Assembly: GCA_002633005.1 (NCBI GenBank)
Contig: NMRA01000063.1
Coordinates: forward strand, 946,931-1,010,930
From: Phoronis australis
Taxonomy: Eukaryota; Animalia; Phoronida
Length of the DNA stretch: 64,000 nucleotides
Direction: 5' to 3'
Shown here in pieces: positions 51,710 through 64,000 of this stretch. Each line of letters begins with the position of its first letter. The first letter of the stretch is position 1. The position numbers were made by a program, and so were the translations under genes. Under the pieces are notes generated by a model. It had not been told where the DNA came from. It was given only the letters and a program-made list of their open reading frames with translations, and did not search any database.

Positions 51710-51850
51710 TACCAGGAGTTTTTCTACAAGACATTTTTGGGTGTTAAATTCGTGTTACGTTGTTTTACGAAAAGATATTACATTTGTCCTAAATAAAGTT
51801 TAGGCCTTAACAGGCGTGTTTAAGTAACCGTTAGTCTGTTGTATTTACTT
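51710..51850 (+). repeat. Interspersed repeat also present at ~63685-63860
   Basis: AGGAGTTTTTC.ACAAGACAT.TTTGGGTGTTAAA shared by both sites. Confidence 0.7.
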
Positions 51851-52277
51851 GTAGCTATAGTTATCTGTAGTACTTGACTACACCCGTGAACTAAAACTTT
51901 AAAAAATTAAAAGTTTATCTTGTAAAATAACCCAATCCAGTACTTCGTGTTGCTGACAGCGTACTGTGCATTTTTCAATTGTCAGGCTCTTTGCGGACTG
52001 TCCCACTTTTTCGACTTTTCCACCATTCCGACACACCATCTAAATGTCTCGCTTTTTGACGAACAGCTAAATTGACATACTATCATATACTATCATATAC
52101 TATTATAATTTCCCTTCCGACAAAGCCATATATTCCCGCTCGACTAAAATGGAAAAAACAAGACATTTTCTGTAGCTCGTTATGCTACAGTAGCTATAGT
52201 CTTAATCGTCACTTAATGGGCTGTTTTTTGACAGTTCATGGTATCCCAAATTTTATTAGGTATTTTCCAGGCCGACA

Positions 52278-52380
52278 GCATCCATTCGGCAGTCAGTGCA
52301 TCCATTCGGCAGTCAGTGTATCCATTCGGCAGTCAGTGCATCCATTCGGCAGTCAGTGTATCCATTCGGCAGTCAGTGTA
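52278..52380. repeat. 20-bp minisatellite (5 copies)
   Basis: TCCATTCGGCAGTCAGTG(C/T)A. Confidence 0.93.
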
Positions 52381-52404
52381 ACGCTATTATTAATGTAAAG
52401 CAAG

Positions 52405-52895
52405 GAGTACCTCGAATATCTAATCTAGCTCAAATTTTCAATGTATGAGCTGGCTCATTTTTGGAAGTCGTTTTTGGGTTTCTGGTAGATCCTTTACAGA
52501 GTGCAATTTATCTGTCATTCGGTGTTCAGTGCGGTAATATTGTTCGTTTTAAATCAGTTTTAGCTGGTACCTTGAATATCTAATCTAGCTCAAATTTTCA
52601 ATGGCATACCCTGGTTGACATTTTTTAGGGTTTCTGGCGTGCACAACCCAGAGTGCATTTTGTCTGTCATGGGGCATTTAGTGATCAGTGACATGTATTG
52701 AATCACATGGAATTGTTTTTGTGGTATCTCGAATGTATGAGCTGGCTCATTTTTGGGGGTTTCTTTTTGGGTTTCTTGCGGACCCTTTCCAGAGTGCAAT
52801 TTGTCTGTCATGGTTCATTCGGTGTTTAGTGCGGTAATATTGCTGGTTTTAAATCAGTTTTAGCTGGTACCTCGAATATCTAGGCTTGCTCATTT
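52405..52895. repeat. Diverged tandem duplication of 150-300-bp units
   Basis: Repeated GTACCTCGAATATCTAATCTAGCTCA, AATGTATGAGCTGGCTCATTTTTGG and CAGAGTGCAATTT.TCTGTCAT blocks. Confidence 0.8.
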
Positions 52896-54437
52896 GTTGA
52901 CCCCCTTGTAAGGTCCCCAGGCGTCGCACCCAGGTGCAGACAACGGCAGACATCCATTTCCGTATATACTGATGTGAACTCTGAGTGCTCCTATGGTCAG
53001 ATACCGCGTTCATCTATGCTAAGTGCTCTGTGCTGCCGGTCTATGTCTACAACGCGCGCAATACGTCAAGTCACGCTCTGGCTAACTACGTCATCAAAAG
53101 TTTCTCTGCTGCTGCTGCTGCTGCTGTGCGTGAACTTGGAATCCTGCTTAAACTCAAGATCGCGTATGCGTGAACTAGGAGTTGAATATAATGAGATTTA
53201 TGGCACTCTGACATAAATCCTATTATTTGGGCAAATACCATTATAGAGCCCTTCACCTTCATATCCAACTCTGGTTAGTTCCTACCAAGTCCGATGGTTG
53301 CGCTGTTTGTTCTTTCTCTCCAGCTTCCTGTTGGCCCACCCTCAAGCAACAGTACATTCACTCGTAAGTTTTCCTAATTAGACAAGTTTATACCTCTCCC
53401 GCCCTCCCTACCCGGGGTACCACAAAATTTCACGTCAACCGTTTTCTACCTTTACCACGCTCCATCCCTTTTGCCGAACAAAATCTGCTGTTGGTTATTG
53501 TTGTTTTTACAGCCACTGCTGGTACCTTCTTCAAGCCCGGATCGTGTTACCGTCAGGCAAGAACCGACGTCATTGGCTAGCGACCAGACCTGTACTTGAG
53601 CGTCCATTACTGCAGCTTGCTTCTCTCCACCCCGGTCACAGCTCTCGGCACATACTGAGCCACAACACCACGTTCCTTACAATATCTCTTTTTATCACTC
53701 CGGCTGGTCTGCTCACTCAGCTTGTCCGGAACCTGCTTTGCAGGTTGTTATAGCCCAGTTGGCTGTTTGGTGTACCCACTTGGTACTTTATATGATATTT
53801 GCCCATTTGGCAGTTTGTACCCACTTGGTACTTGTTATTGAATTTGCCGCTTTGCTCGACCCAGTTGGTAGGCAATCGGCCAATACCCATTTGGTATTAT
53901 GTACCCATTTGGTACTATGCTAACCTGTGCCACTTAGTATCCGATACTCAGTTACACTTTGGGTATCGGAAATGTGTGTGTGTTATCTCTTGTAATTAAG
54001 GAACCCATCTGGTTCCTTCTGTGAAATATTTATTTGTTTAGAGCTGTGACCCTGAAATTCCCAATACAACTTAAAATATTTATTATTCTTGTTGTTTTAT
54101 TTGTCCCCAATGATTTAAGGCAAAAAGGTGAAATTTTTGTTCGGTGAAAAGAATTTTTGTAATTATGGGCCTCGCGATCAACCATTTTCTCTTTTACTGT
54201 AACTTGTGTCGCTGAACCGGAGGAATATGTGAATGGCTAATTCGATAATTGTTTGGTGAAACTGATCGCCCGTAGTTGAAAACGTTGGTTAAAATTGACA
54301 TTATTTTATTCAAATGTAATTTGATTTAGTGCATTGCAAATTTTTGTGAACATTAACGTGACTATTTGAGTGAAGTTGTCAAGTTGCCTCGCGTATTCCA
54401 AGTTCACGTACAGCACTGCCCTCTGTTCCGTTAATAT

Positions 54438-55050
54438 TCAACAGGCTACTGAAATATATAAACCACTCCAATTCAACCCGTATAGGCTTTGTTTTATAAC
54501 TTTACAAAATCTGTTAGGATTCCCCACTGACTCACATAACTCTCTTGGTTTATCGGCGAAGTATCGCTTTTTCCTCCTCTTACATAATCTTTTGAATTCA
54601 TTCCAACTAGCAAGATAATTTCTCGGATCTAGGTCACTCTGAGACATCCTAAATTTTGGCAGTAGCCGCTTCTATTGTAGTTTCATCTCTTTACATTCAT
54701 TGTCAAACCATGCGGATCACGTGGTTTATTTACACGCCCGTTTTGCTTTAGTAGCATGGACCGTTCAACATGACCGGAGCAAGTCTACTAAGCCTTTAAC
54801 ACTCTCATTTCTATATAGTACATCACATGCAATCAATTAGATATTCAGATATTTTACTTCAAACAAGGACAAGCAACTCACTAAACCAAGAACACCGTGA
54901 TAAAACTCCTATTCTTAAGTCAAATTTACAATGGATTGCGTTTCCTGTGAACTTGATTCTGGTTCTTTTCTATTCCCGCGCATCCCAGATTTAATACGTT
55001 AAATAACGACGCAATGGGTTTGAGATTAACGGTGGTACGTTGGGCTCATT
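54438..55050 (-). pseudogene. Non-LTR retrotransposon (CR1/L2-group-like) ORF2 endonuclease-RT linker remnant
   Basis: WFDNECKEMK..RLLPKFR..RNYLASWNEFKRLCKRRKKRY..NPNRFCKVIK; in-frame stops. Confidence 0.6.
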
Positions 55051-58000
55051 ATATATAGCTCTACATTTACACCAGATTAACAAATACAAACATCAGTACA
55101 GAATACCGTTCATGCGCGCAATTAGGCCCATATGCCTTTCTATACACGAAGCGGTGGATATATGCGCAAGTAGGCACATGCTCCTGAACACGAATCATTT
55201 GAGTAAAAACAAGGAAAAGTGATGCTCCGGCTATAGTGCACCCCATTAAAAACATGCACAGCTTTTAAACTGGACTGTTAGCTGATACTTCCTACAGTCT
55301 CACGTCCGAAGGATAAAGTAAAATTTTACTGAGGGCGGCAAAACCAACTTCGCCAAGCTTTTGTCCCCCTTGGCTGCCAAATTCCAAATTCCTTCCTATG
55401 TTTACCAATTCCACTACCCTTTATTCTCCCGGCCATCACCAATTTCGTACCCCCCACCGTAGGCGCGGGACCGTATCTCCGGGGAGGCAGCCACCATGAT
55501 ATTGAGTAATCGTGTTTCAACAAAATTTCAAAGTATGAAAACGAGCCTCTTCAGTGTGGAGAAAATTCATTTCATCAAAGTCATGATTTGTAGATTAGCT
55601 TCTTATGGTAAACAACCATCTATGATTTCTGTAAACATGTAAATCAGAAGCCAACGAACTCTTGGTTATTGAAACAAAGTATACCAATTCCCGGAGGTAT
55701 GCTCGCAAGTGTCCGGGAGAACTTGTGAGACAGGGTATCCGACATGAATTTGGAGATCTTCCCACACGAAATTTTAACAATTTATTTGTGTTAATGTGAA
55801 TTTTGGCTTCATTCCAGCGCTTGCTATCACAGTTTACTCTAAAATTGCTGAAATCTTTGTTAGCGAATATACTTTGAGTACCTCAGTCCGTTTGACTTGT
55901 ATTCTACACATGTACAGTCATCGAAAATCGTATCTCCAATAGTCTGATCGACAAACATGACTGCTTCATCGGCAATTCTTTCTTAATAGCGATTATCAAA
56001 AGAAATGTGAGTCTATGAATTCTTTGGAAAAAGTATCGATATTTTTATTGTTATATAACTATCGGAAATATTCCCTTTGTGTACTTCACAAATAGTGTTT
56101 TTTTATTTCTTCAAACTCCCATACTTTCGATGGTTGTCTATCCCATCATTATTTTAGTTTTAATTCAATCTCATAGTTTTGGTTGTTTGGGCCGCATGTT
56201 TTGATGCTGATGTGCTTCGCATGAAGATGTCTTGTATTATTTTAGACAAATTCGAAATCTTATCAACTTATTGTGAATAGGTGGCAGTGACTAATTTATA
56301 GAGGGAAATTTATCCGGTTCGCCTCTTGTAGAGGGGATCTCGTCTAAAAGGAGTCCGTTAATACTGAAAAAGGCTACATCATTGAAAGAATGTAAAAGAG
56401 CCAATGATCGGGTGACACTCCAACATGTGACCTTTCCTGGAGTCACTTATTCAATCATCCGGTGACCCTCCAACAAGTGACCTTTCCTGAAATGAATGGT
56501 TGCACGATTTCACAAAAACTGGAAAAGAGAGCCATGATTAAGGCTTCCTCTTCATGATCGAATGAGTTCAGCTAAAAACAAGAAAGGAGTGGCCAGCAAA
56601 GAGGCCATTAACTGACCACTCAAAGTAATCGGCCTCTACATACAACTAACCACTCAAAGTGCTCGGTCTCTACATATCAAAGTCATACAAGTTTCCAACT
56701 TGAATCAAAAAGTAATCTACAGACAGATGACTACATTTACGCTCGCCAGCAAGGTGTCCCTGGCGAAATACAATTTTGCATTCCCTAAAGTTGTCTTCTT
56801 GAATTCAAGCATCCAGTGAACTAATTTGCTCTGAAAATCTGTGCTTAACTAATTTCATCGTATTTTTTCGAAGTACGCGTGATTAAGAGTACGTCCTCAA
56901 TTGTTTTTAGACGACCTATACCGCAAAAACTGGCACCCTAACAAAAGTGTCCTGGCAAGGGCCCCCAAAGCATAAATTCAGCACTGGTAGTTAGTTGACA
57001 AATATTCTCTTGAATTTTCTCTTTTCTACTTTTTAGTTGTGTCTCTTTTCTTGACTGCCCCTTGCCCATGACCCTCCGCCAAGGGCATGGTTTCTCTCTG
57101 GCGTCTACAAATTAGTGGGGGACATTTTTCATTCCCCTCCCCGACACCGTCCCTGCACCCAACAGCCCTGTGCCTGCAAATATGAGTTATAATTCTGCAG
57201 ATGCACTGTTAAACGAAGTCGCATATTTCCACGGGCTAGGTTATGCATGATATCTGTTTTGCGTCTGCCTATACATTATCCAGGGTAGGACATGGACCTG
57301 TACAAAGTACAGCCACCTGCGTCTAAAAGCGAAACTTAGGCAAATCCGCCTCCATGCGAAAGAGTGAGTAAATACTTTTGAAACGCTTCATTTCTAATAT
57401 AGGCGCATATATGACAAGCATGAAAGTGCTTGTCACTAGTACCCTGTCGCTTTTTACAAATCACAGGTATTTCATGCAACCCTTCTGTCGTCTGTCAACA
57501 AAGGGTTTATTTCCAGCTTGAGTTTGAACTGAAGTCTTCTTTGAAAGGAACGTTTCCGAGCCCTCACATCTTCCCAGAGAGCGCTCACGTGACCTCGTGC
57601 TGCTGTTGGTTGATGATTTGGTTGATCTGGCGGTGCTGGATTGACGGTGCGTCGTCACCACCGAGTGATACTTGATGCGGCACGTTATGAGTCGCACTAG
57701 ATCCGCCTACACATAAACGATGAAAATAAATGTCATTTGAAACAATTTGTTGCTAAAACCAATAAACCGAAGAGTGGAGACACCTGGAGAAGGTCAGGCA
57801 AGCGAAATGCTACACGCACACATCAACTAAGCGAATTAAAGCGTTATTACATCATGCATAAATTATTAATATGGACTTCCAAATCTGCAAATTATAAATG
57901 CGTACTGGGTTTCGCTCGGCCTGCATGTACAGCATTGACGAGAGTGCTCGTAGAGCAAACACTTGGGAAAATTTAGTTGCCAAAAGACAAAAAGGTAACA

Positions 58001-58489
58001 TGATGTAAAAAAACAAAACAACTACGTGCGCCTAAATGAAGTCATTTGACCGCTTTTAATGTTCACTTTGTAACCGATTGGTAAGGTACTAGCGCCATCC
58101 ATTTGCATTTATAGGAATTTGAATGCTATGCAAGTAATGTGGACCCCAAAATCATTAAATTTTGGACAACTTACGAAATATGTGCCAAAATGCAAAGTCT
58201 CAATTTTAAAGTGACCAAAACTAAACCAAACATAGGCCTATGCCTCTGTGTCTGAGATTGTGTTTGGCTGTTAATATTGTGTGGAAATGATTGTACCTTT
58301 TGGAGGTTTTGTGTGATCATTTGAACTCTTCATGTTGGTATTTTTTGTTCTTCATTGATTGCAAATGTAAAAAATATTTTACATGTTTACCTAGGGTACA
58401 CATGCTCGGTCACAAAAGTGCACTTTGGTTTTCATAGGCCTAATGAGACGCGTTATGATATCTTGAGGATAACTGATCAGACAAATGCA

Positions 58490-59380
58490 CCCAGAGTCCA
58501 AAAAAGAGTAAAACAGGTAAATAAAAAATCGAAATAACCGCCATCGCCTCCATCTTTGAGCCGATTTTGACCAAAAACAGTTTGTTTCAAGTCATGCCAG
58601 AAACCAACGTTTTGCTAAAATTTCAAGTCAATCAAACAAAAAATGCAAAACAAAATGGCCACTATGTCCGCCATCTTGGATTCGATTTCGAGAAAAAACG
58701 ACATATGTACACAGCACCTTTAAATAATAAATCTAACAAATTTTCATTTTGATTGGCTTTTCAATAGATGTCAATAAAAACGCAAATTTCGTTTTTTTCA
58801 AAATTAAACTAAAAATAACTCCAAAACGGTAATTTCGAGAGAAAAAATATTGTGATCATTTATAAGGAATTAATTTGGAAAATGTCTTTGCAAATTTTCG
58901 TAAACAGGTAAAACCGTTTTCGAGCACTTTCGGTTAAACCAAATTGTCACGTTTTTCAGTTACGCCGCCATTTTGAACACGAAGTGGAAACAATTTTTAA
59001 AAACGAGACCTGTACGAGAAAAAATGTGTTTTGGCCGAAAACCGGGTTATCCTTACGAAATAGCGGAAATTTCCGCCATCTTGGTCAACTTGAAACTTAG
59101 CACATCGATAGATAAGGTAACTAGCATTATAAATCATAATTTTGGAGACAATGCGTCAATAAATGCATTTTTGGGATTTTTTTTGTATATTTTTGGACAC
59201 AAAATGACCACCACAGTCGCCACCTTGGATCCAATATTTGCCAAAACAACAAATTTATGAAAATTTCATGTCAATCGGTTGAGAAATGCCACCTATAGAG
59301 TGCGAACAAAAAAAAAACAAAAAAACAAACAAACATAAAGAAAGCGGCAACATTATTGGGAAAAATTTCCCCTAGTAATA
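58490..59380 (+). mobile_element. DINE-1/Helentron-like element with CGCCATCTTG-containing internal repeats
   Basis: Repeated CCGCCAT(C/T)TTG blocks, an (AAAC)n tract and a 3' hairpin ATTATTGGGAAAAATTTCCCCTAGTAAT; left end uncertain. Confidence 0.5.
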
Positions 59381-62023
59381 ACGCCAATGGAATTCTCAGT
59401 CTGTTATTTGTTGTTAGCGAGTTTGGGTTTTACTCGTTAACGCGTTATGTGAACGGATAAATTTTGACACTACTGTCCCTGAGCCAACGAACATTCGCAG
59501 TCACAAGATGACGTCACGGATTCCGAGCATGGCAGGCATGCATTGTGCGGACGTGAGAATCTCGCGAAAACGTAAGATTACGTAAGACTTTGCGAGATAT
59601 CGCAACGCATCACAGGTGAAACACGTGATCACGATAGCTTTTCTCATGAAATTCGTGCTTTTAAGGACGTAACCCGGGTTGGTTGCTTAGAGTTGTTTGA
59701 ATAGTGGTAGATACGTCCCCTGGACCTGTTCATTTACATGTGAACGTGATTCAGATTCTGGCAGAAACAAAAAATAAAGTACAAAATCCGTTACTTTTGA
59801 TTTGCCAATTTAAATGCCGTTTTGTGTATCAGTACTCGAAACTTCGCGTCTCGAATGCTATTACGCCTTGATACAACTGAGATTCGTAGACCGTGCGGAC
59901 TTCCAATATTGCGCCATTGATAAGGACTGTGCCCGATATGGCTATTTCGGCACAAACCATTGACGACGCCATTAAACGCAGGTGTAGCACACCACTCTTG
60001 TCCTCGCTTTTTCTGTCTGTGTTTAAAATAACAGACGTTGCCGACTTGTTTACAATTAAACAAGAGGGTGACGAAACGTCATTTTCTTCAGGCACTCAAA
60101 ATAAAATGGCGACGAGACGCCCTTTTTTCACTTGGTCCTCCCTGGGGGTGTGACCTTGTCTTGGCAACTCCGCAGCACCTCCAAAGAAACCTCAAAAAGA
60201 TATCGCCGAGCAACACATACAACTACTGATAACAAGTAGACAAGTCAGTTTGTTTGAAGTTAATCAGGTGTGTCAGTGGCCCAGGCAGTTATCATAATCC
60301 AAGATTAACATTTAGTATGTGGTGATTAAACCAAGGGGATGCAAAATTCAACAGGATGTGTACTACGTAAGCACATAACGGATAATAATGAACGAAAACA
60401 TCACCCAAAGCACAGAAATTGTTTTCCAGTATTCTGTAGTCTAAAGATGGAAACAATAAGTAAAAGGTGTTCTTTTTGACATTGGTTTCGGGTTCGCCTC
60501 TCTGCGGGCGTGAGCTATTGATCTGGAACAAATAAACGACCGCTGGCATGACAGGGATTTATCGTACTCGACTCCCTTGTAACATTCACGCTGCTTCAGT
60601 CTTTTTTGTTTCATCGTGCTTACTTGTTGATACGACCGTGAAATAACTGTGTTATCTCCGGCTCGTTTAAACTGGCTTGCGAATGGATGCATAATAAGCC
60701 ACCTGTGTGCTTTCGTGACATTACAGCTAGTGTCAGAGAAGTCATGGTTGTTGAATTGCGGAGAACAAAGGAAATAATCTAGACCCTAAAGTTCAGTTGA
60801 AGTGCAAGTAAGATAATAGCGGTTATTATTCGACAGCCGTGGTCTATGGTTGGCCAAATAGCCACAAAAACGTACTTATTGCGTTTTGAATTACGGACGT
60901 ATTCCAATTATTACACGCGTAATTTTGAAAACAATTAAGAAACGAGCTTTGTTTAATTAGGAATGTTCTTGCTAAGCCCAGGGGATGTTTCCGGCAATAC
61001 ATGAGTGCAACTGACGCAAATTTCCGTCTCCAGCAATGCTCATATCTGTACAGTTTGGCGAGGTTACTTTTATAAAGATAAATCAGAATAAAAATAATTG
61101 TCTCCCTTATTACCCGGATAGAAAAGAAAATAATGTGGGTGACATGAATGCCCTCTTATTGTTTCGTTAGCATAAAAATCCATAGTCTTATTAAACTGTG
61201 AATATACAATTGAAGTACTAATTTACATACAACCCCGGGTCCTCCAGTGTGCTGGAAACCATCCGAGAACCAGTTTCCTTACCATTACAATTTCGCGAAA
61301 GTTTCGTTTTGCGACACTATTTTTATGTAAACGAATATGGTGATATTTCATCGTTACCTTAATGAAACAAGGCACAATTTAGTATTTGTTTATTTCACTA
61401 TCAAATAACGATTGCATAATATTTGGAATTATTAAGTTTTTGATATCTTCACACTTGTTTTCAAGTGTATCAGTTTTGGTGTTCTCTTTAAAACCGCAGT
61501 TTATTTACAAACTATTTCTTTTCCTGATTGTACTTGTATTCAGAGTTCTCCAGAAAGTCGACGGGTGGCTACTTTAGAGTCAACTCCACGAGATGTCACG
61601 TGGCTATGTTTTCAACATCAACATAAGCTAATGGTTCACACTCCTCGGAGTCCGTCACTTCAGAACATTGGCTAGACAGGTTTACACTATCAGGATAGTG
61701 CATACCCATCGTGATTCCGAGTGTTTCCCCAGCGGAGCGTGTGTATGAGCCATCCTGAATGACCTCGAGTCTGAAGGAGTGGTTCTTCGTAAAGGCGAAG
61801 GCAACCGTTTTATGTCATTTTCAGTGAACATAAGATTCGTTGATTATCCCAGACATATGCTTCAGTTAATTACAGGCTTTGGTAATTTAATTGATTACTC
61901 GTCCCCTACTCCGGAAGTGACGTTTAGGGAGTCAAGAATTTCGTTTTCATATAGTCTGACTGTGTTCTACCTGGGTTGTGATAAGTTCTGTCGTCGTTTG
62001 CTTTTGTTTACAAGTTATTCAAC

Positions 62024-62300
62024 ATGCCGCACAATTGCTGCGTACCGGGATGTACTCATTATTATCTCACGCGCACTCTGGGTGTACCATTACATCGCTT
62101 TCCGAAAGATTGCACACTTCGCTGTACTTGGCTCGTTCGTGACAAGAACGCAGAACTACCAGTCCACGCAACGTACAAAGCAGAGGAGAATTGCCGAGTG
62201 TGTGGCAAGCATTTTCTGCCGTCGGATTACGAGAGATATGTACGCTGAATTGATGAAACTCCCCGCAAAACAACGCCTGAAGAAGGGTGCCAGACCGTAG
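62024..62300 (+). pseudogene. THAP-domain transposase remnant
   Basis: MPHNCCVPGC..LHRFPKD..W..RVCGKHF..DY (complete C2CH set), frameshift, then RLKKGARP. Confidence 0.8.
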
Positions 62301-62580
62301 CTATTGATTTCCGGCCATTTGGTCTTAGTGTATCATAAGACACAGCCACGGTGTCTCTGTCACAAAACTCAGGAAGGGTTCTTGAGGTTATGTCCTTGGA
62401 TACCATAATGGCAGCCCTGGGCTTAATTTTGTTACTCAGTGAAGCAGTAAAAGATTTAGCATTCCTAGGAGTGTTCATCATCGCGCTTCACCGACTGCAC
62501 GGCTCTTGTACGAAGGCCATGAATAGGGTATTGCGCGCAAGCGTTCGGTCTTCAGTTACCTTGCAGAAGAATTTTTGACG
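62300..62580 (-). pseudogene. Non-LTR retrotransposon APE endonuclease fragment truncating the THAP gene
   Basis: FMAFVQEPC (xxQEP motif), then KPRAAIMV..LPEFCDRDTVAV. Confidence 0.6.
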
Positions 62581-64000
62581 ATTTTACGGTCGAAAAACAC
62601 ATTTTTGAACTTTTTGTTCGTTGAGATAAACTTCATGAGGTTAGAGGTACAAAAGAAAGAAATTGTTATTTTTTAAAATTTTATTGCAAATTCTCAATCT
62701 CTCGCCAGGGTCAGTAATTCGCTGACAGGTGACTTATCAGTAAAAGGTGCATCTCATACTGTTTAGCTAGATAAAACGCAAATCGAATTAGGACTTTTAT
62801 TCTCTTCAATTGACCTCGCAAGCTATTTCCGTTGTCAACGAAGGCGTCAAAACCATCAGTGACTCACGAAAACGCTTTACATTTCATTTTGTATTCCGTA
62901 TGTACGTGAGTTGAATTGTTAACGGGGAAATCAAGCCCTGCTCACGGCAAAGCATATTGTGAGTAAAATACATAATTTGATTTTCGCTTTTAGCCAGCTA
63001 GGACGAAATTCACATTTTAATACATCAATGCGCATGCTTGGTCGAAAGTTTATTGATCACATCCCACCACTTGTACACGCCCTCAAAGCATTGTATTTGT
63101 TTGGGCTTAGCCACGGGAACGGGCTTCCCTTGATTCTGTTAACTTCGATCACTGCCCGTTTTCATAAATTGCAACTATTCAAATCAAAGGTGGTCGCCAT
63201 CACTACGTAACAGCAAACTGAAAGTTATTTTTTCCAAATTTCAACCAATGGGAATGCCTTAATGTTATGGCGTCGGTTTCATTATTTTAACCAACGAGAA
63301 GCCATGATAAACAACATTGCGCAGTCTTACTTTTTGTAGCACTGTGAAAGAGTGTACCCCGAGACTAGCCGTGAGAGTTTGCACTGTGAATTTCCGGCAG
63401 TCTGCTCGACTGAGTTTTGATCGAATGTGGCAATTATCAAATCAAGCCTAATTTCATTTTTTCATCTTCGCTTTGAAATTTTTGTTCATCAACCGAGACT
63501 CGTGAGCTACGGTTCTAGACAACCAGCGACTTCCCGGCAAAATTAGTCAACAAACCAGACAGTTTCATTGGTCATTCTTTATGACATAACGACTCGTGGC
63601 CCTGGCTGGATACCGGCGATATTGTGCCTTCCCATATCTTTTCATCTCCAGTCTAAAAACAAACCTACTGTACCAAACTACATGCTAGGAGTTTTTCGAC
63701 AAGACATATTTGGGTGTTAAAATATGTTACAGTATTTTACAGAAAGAAGTGACTTTTGGTTTCTGAGTGTTTGTTCAGCAATTATAAATAAAAAATTTAG
63801 GCCATACTAACAAGTGTGTTTAGGTAACCTTCAAAAATCTACTCGTATTTGCGTAGCTAAATGTATTTGTTTGTTTTCAATTGTTTCTATAGCAATTCAT
63901 TGGTGCAATATTTACCTGTCGCTCAAATACTTGTTTGTTAATTCGACGTCTGAGAAGTGAATGTTATCTACAATATTTACCTATGCCAGTGAATTAAAAT

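Noticed and set aside
53095-53160. LLLLLLLCVNLES as a 2A-like ribosome-skipping peptide
   Set aside because: The essential D(V/I)ExNPGP motif is missing; the Leu run is a (CTG)n microsatellite.
59791-60692. Convergent short ORFs as another Kolobok-like element or host gene
   Set aside because: No recognisable domain and no matching TIR/TTAA pair identified.
61779-62300. 173-aa ORF as a real gene
   Set aside because: Alternative frame over the THAP remnant; only its last ~15 codons look THAP-derived.

Overview
This is animal genomic DNA, AT-rich and repeat-dense, with spliceosomal introns; it is probably a marine invertebrate. It carries two intact multi-exon genes, both on the minus strand and in tandem. 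(1) A complete BMP5-8/gbb-type TGF-beta ligand: 6 coding exons, 38773->23835, 415 aa. (2) About 2 kb downstream of the BMP stop codon, a prokaryote-like SLC6/NSS sodium symporter: 8 coding exons, 21830->402, running off the left edge of the window. All exon junctions were read by eye as GT-AG with matching phases. The rest is transposon debris and simple repeats: Kolobok-type elements with convergent THAP and KolX remnants, other THAP pseudogenes, hAT-like MITEs with 5-, 6- and 8-bp target duplications, DINE-1/Helentron-like elements, Penelope and other retroelement fragments, many minisatellites and one assembly gap. The most unusual structures are a ~4.7-kb long-inverted-repeat element with two inward-facing spliced gene remnants (one RING-like), an array of 11 co-oriented CTCF-like motifs at ~145-bp spacing, and a remodelled ion-binding site in the transporter. 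No searches were run. Repeat boundaries are approximate and TE family calls rest on motif recognition.
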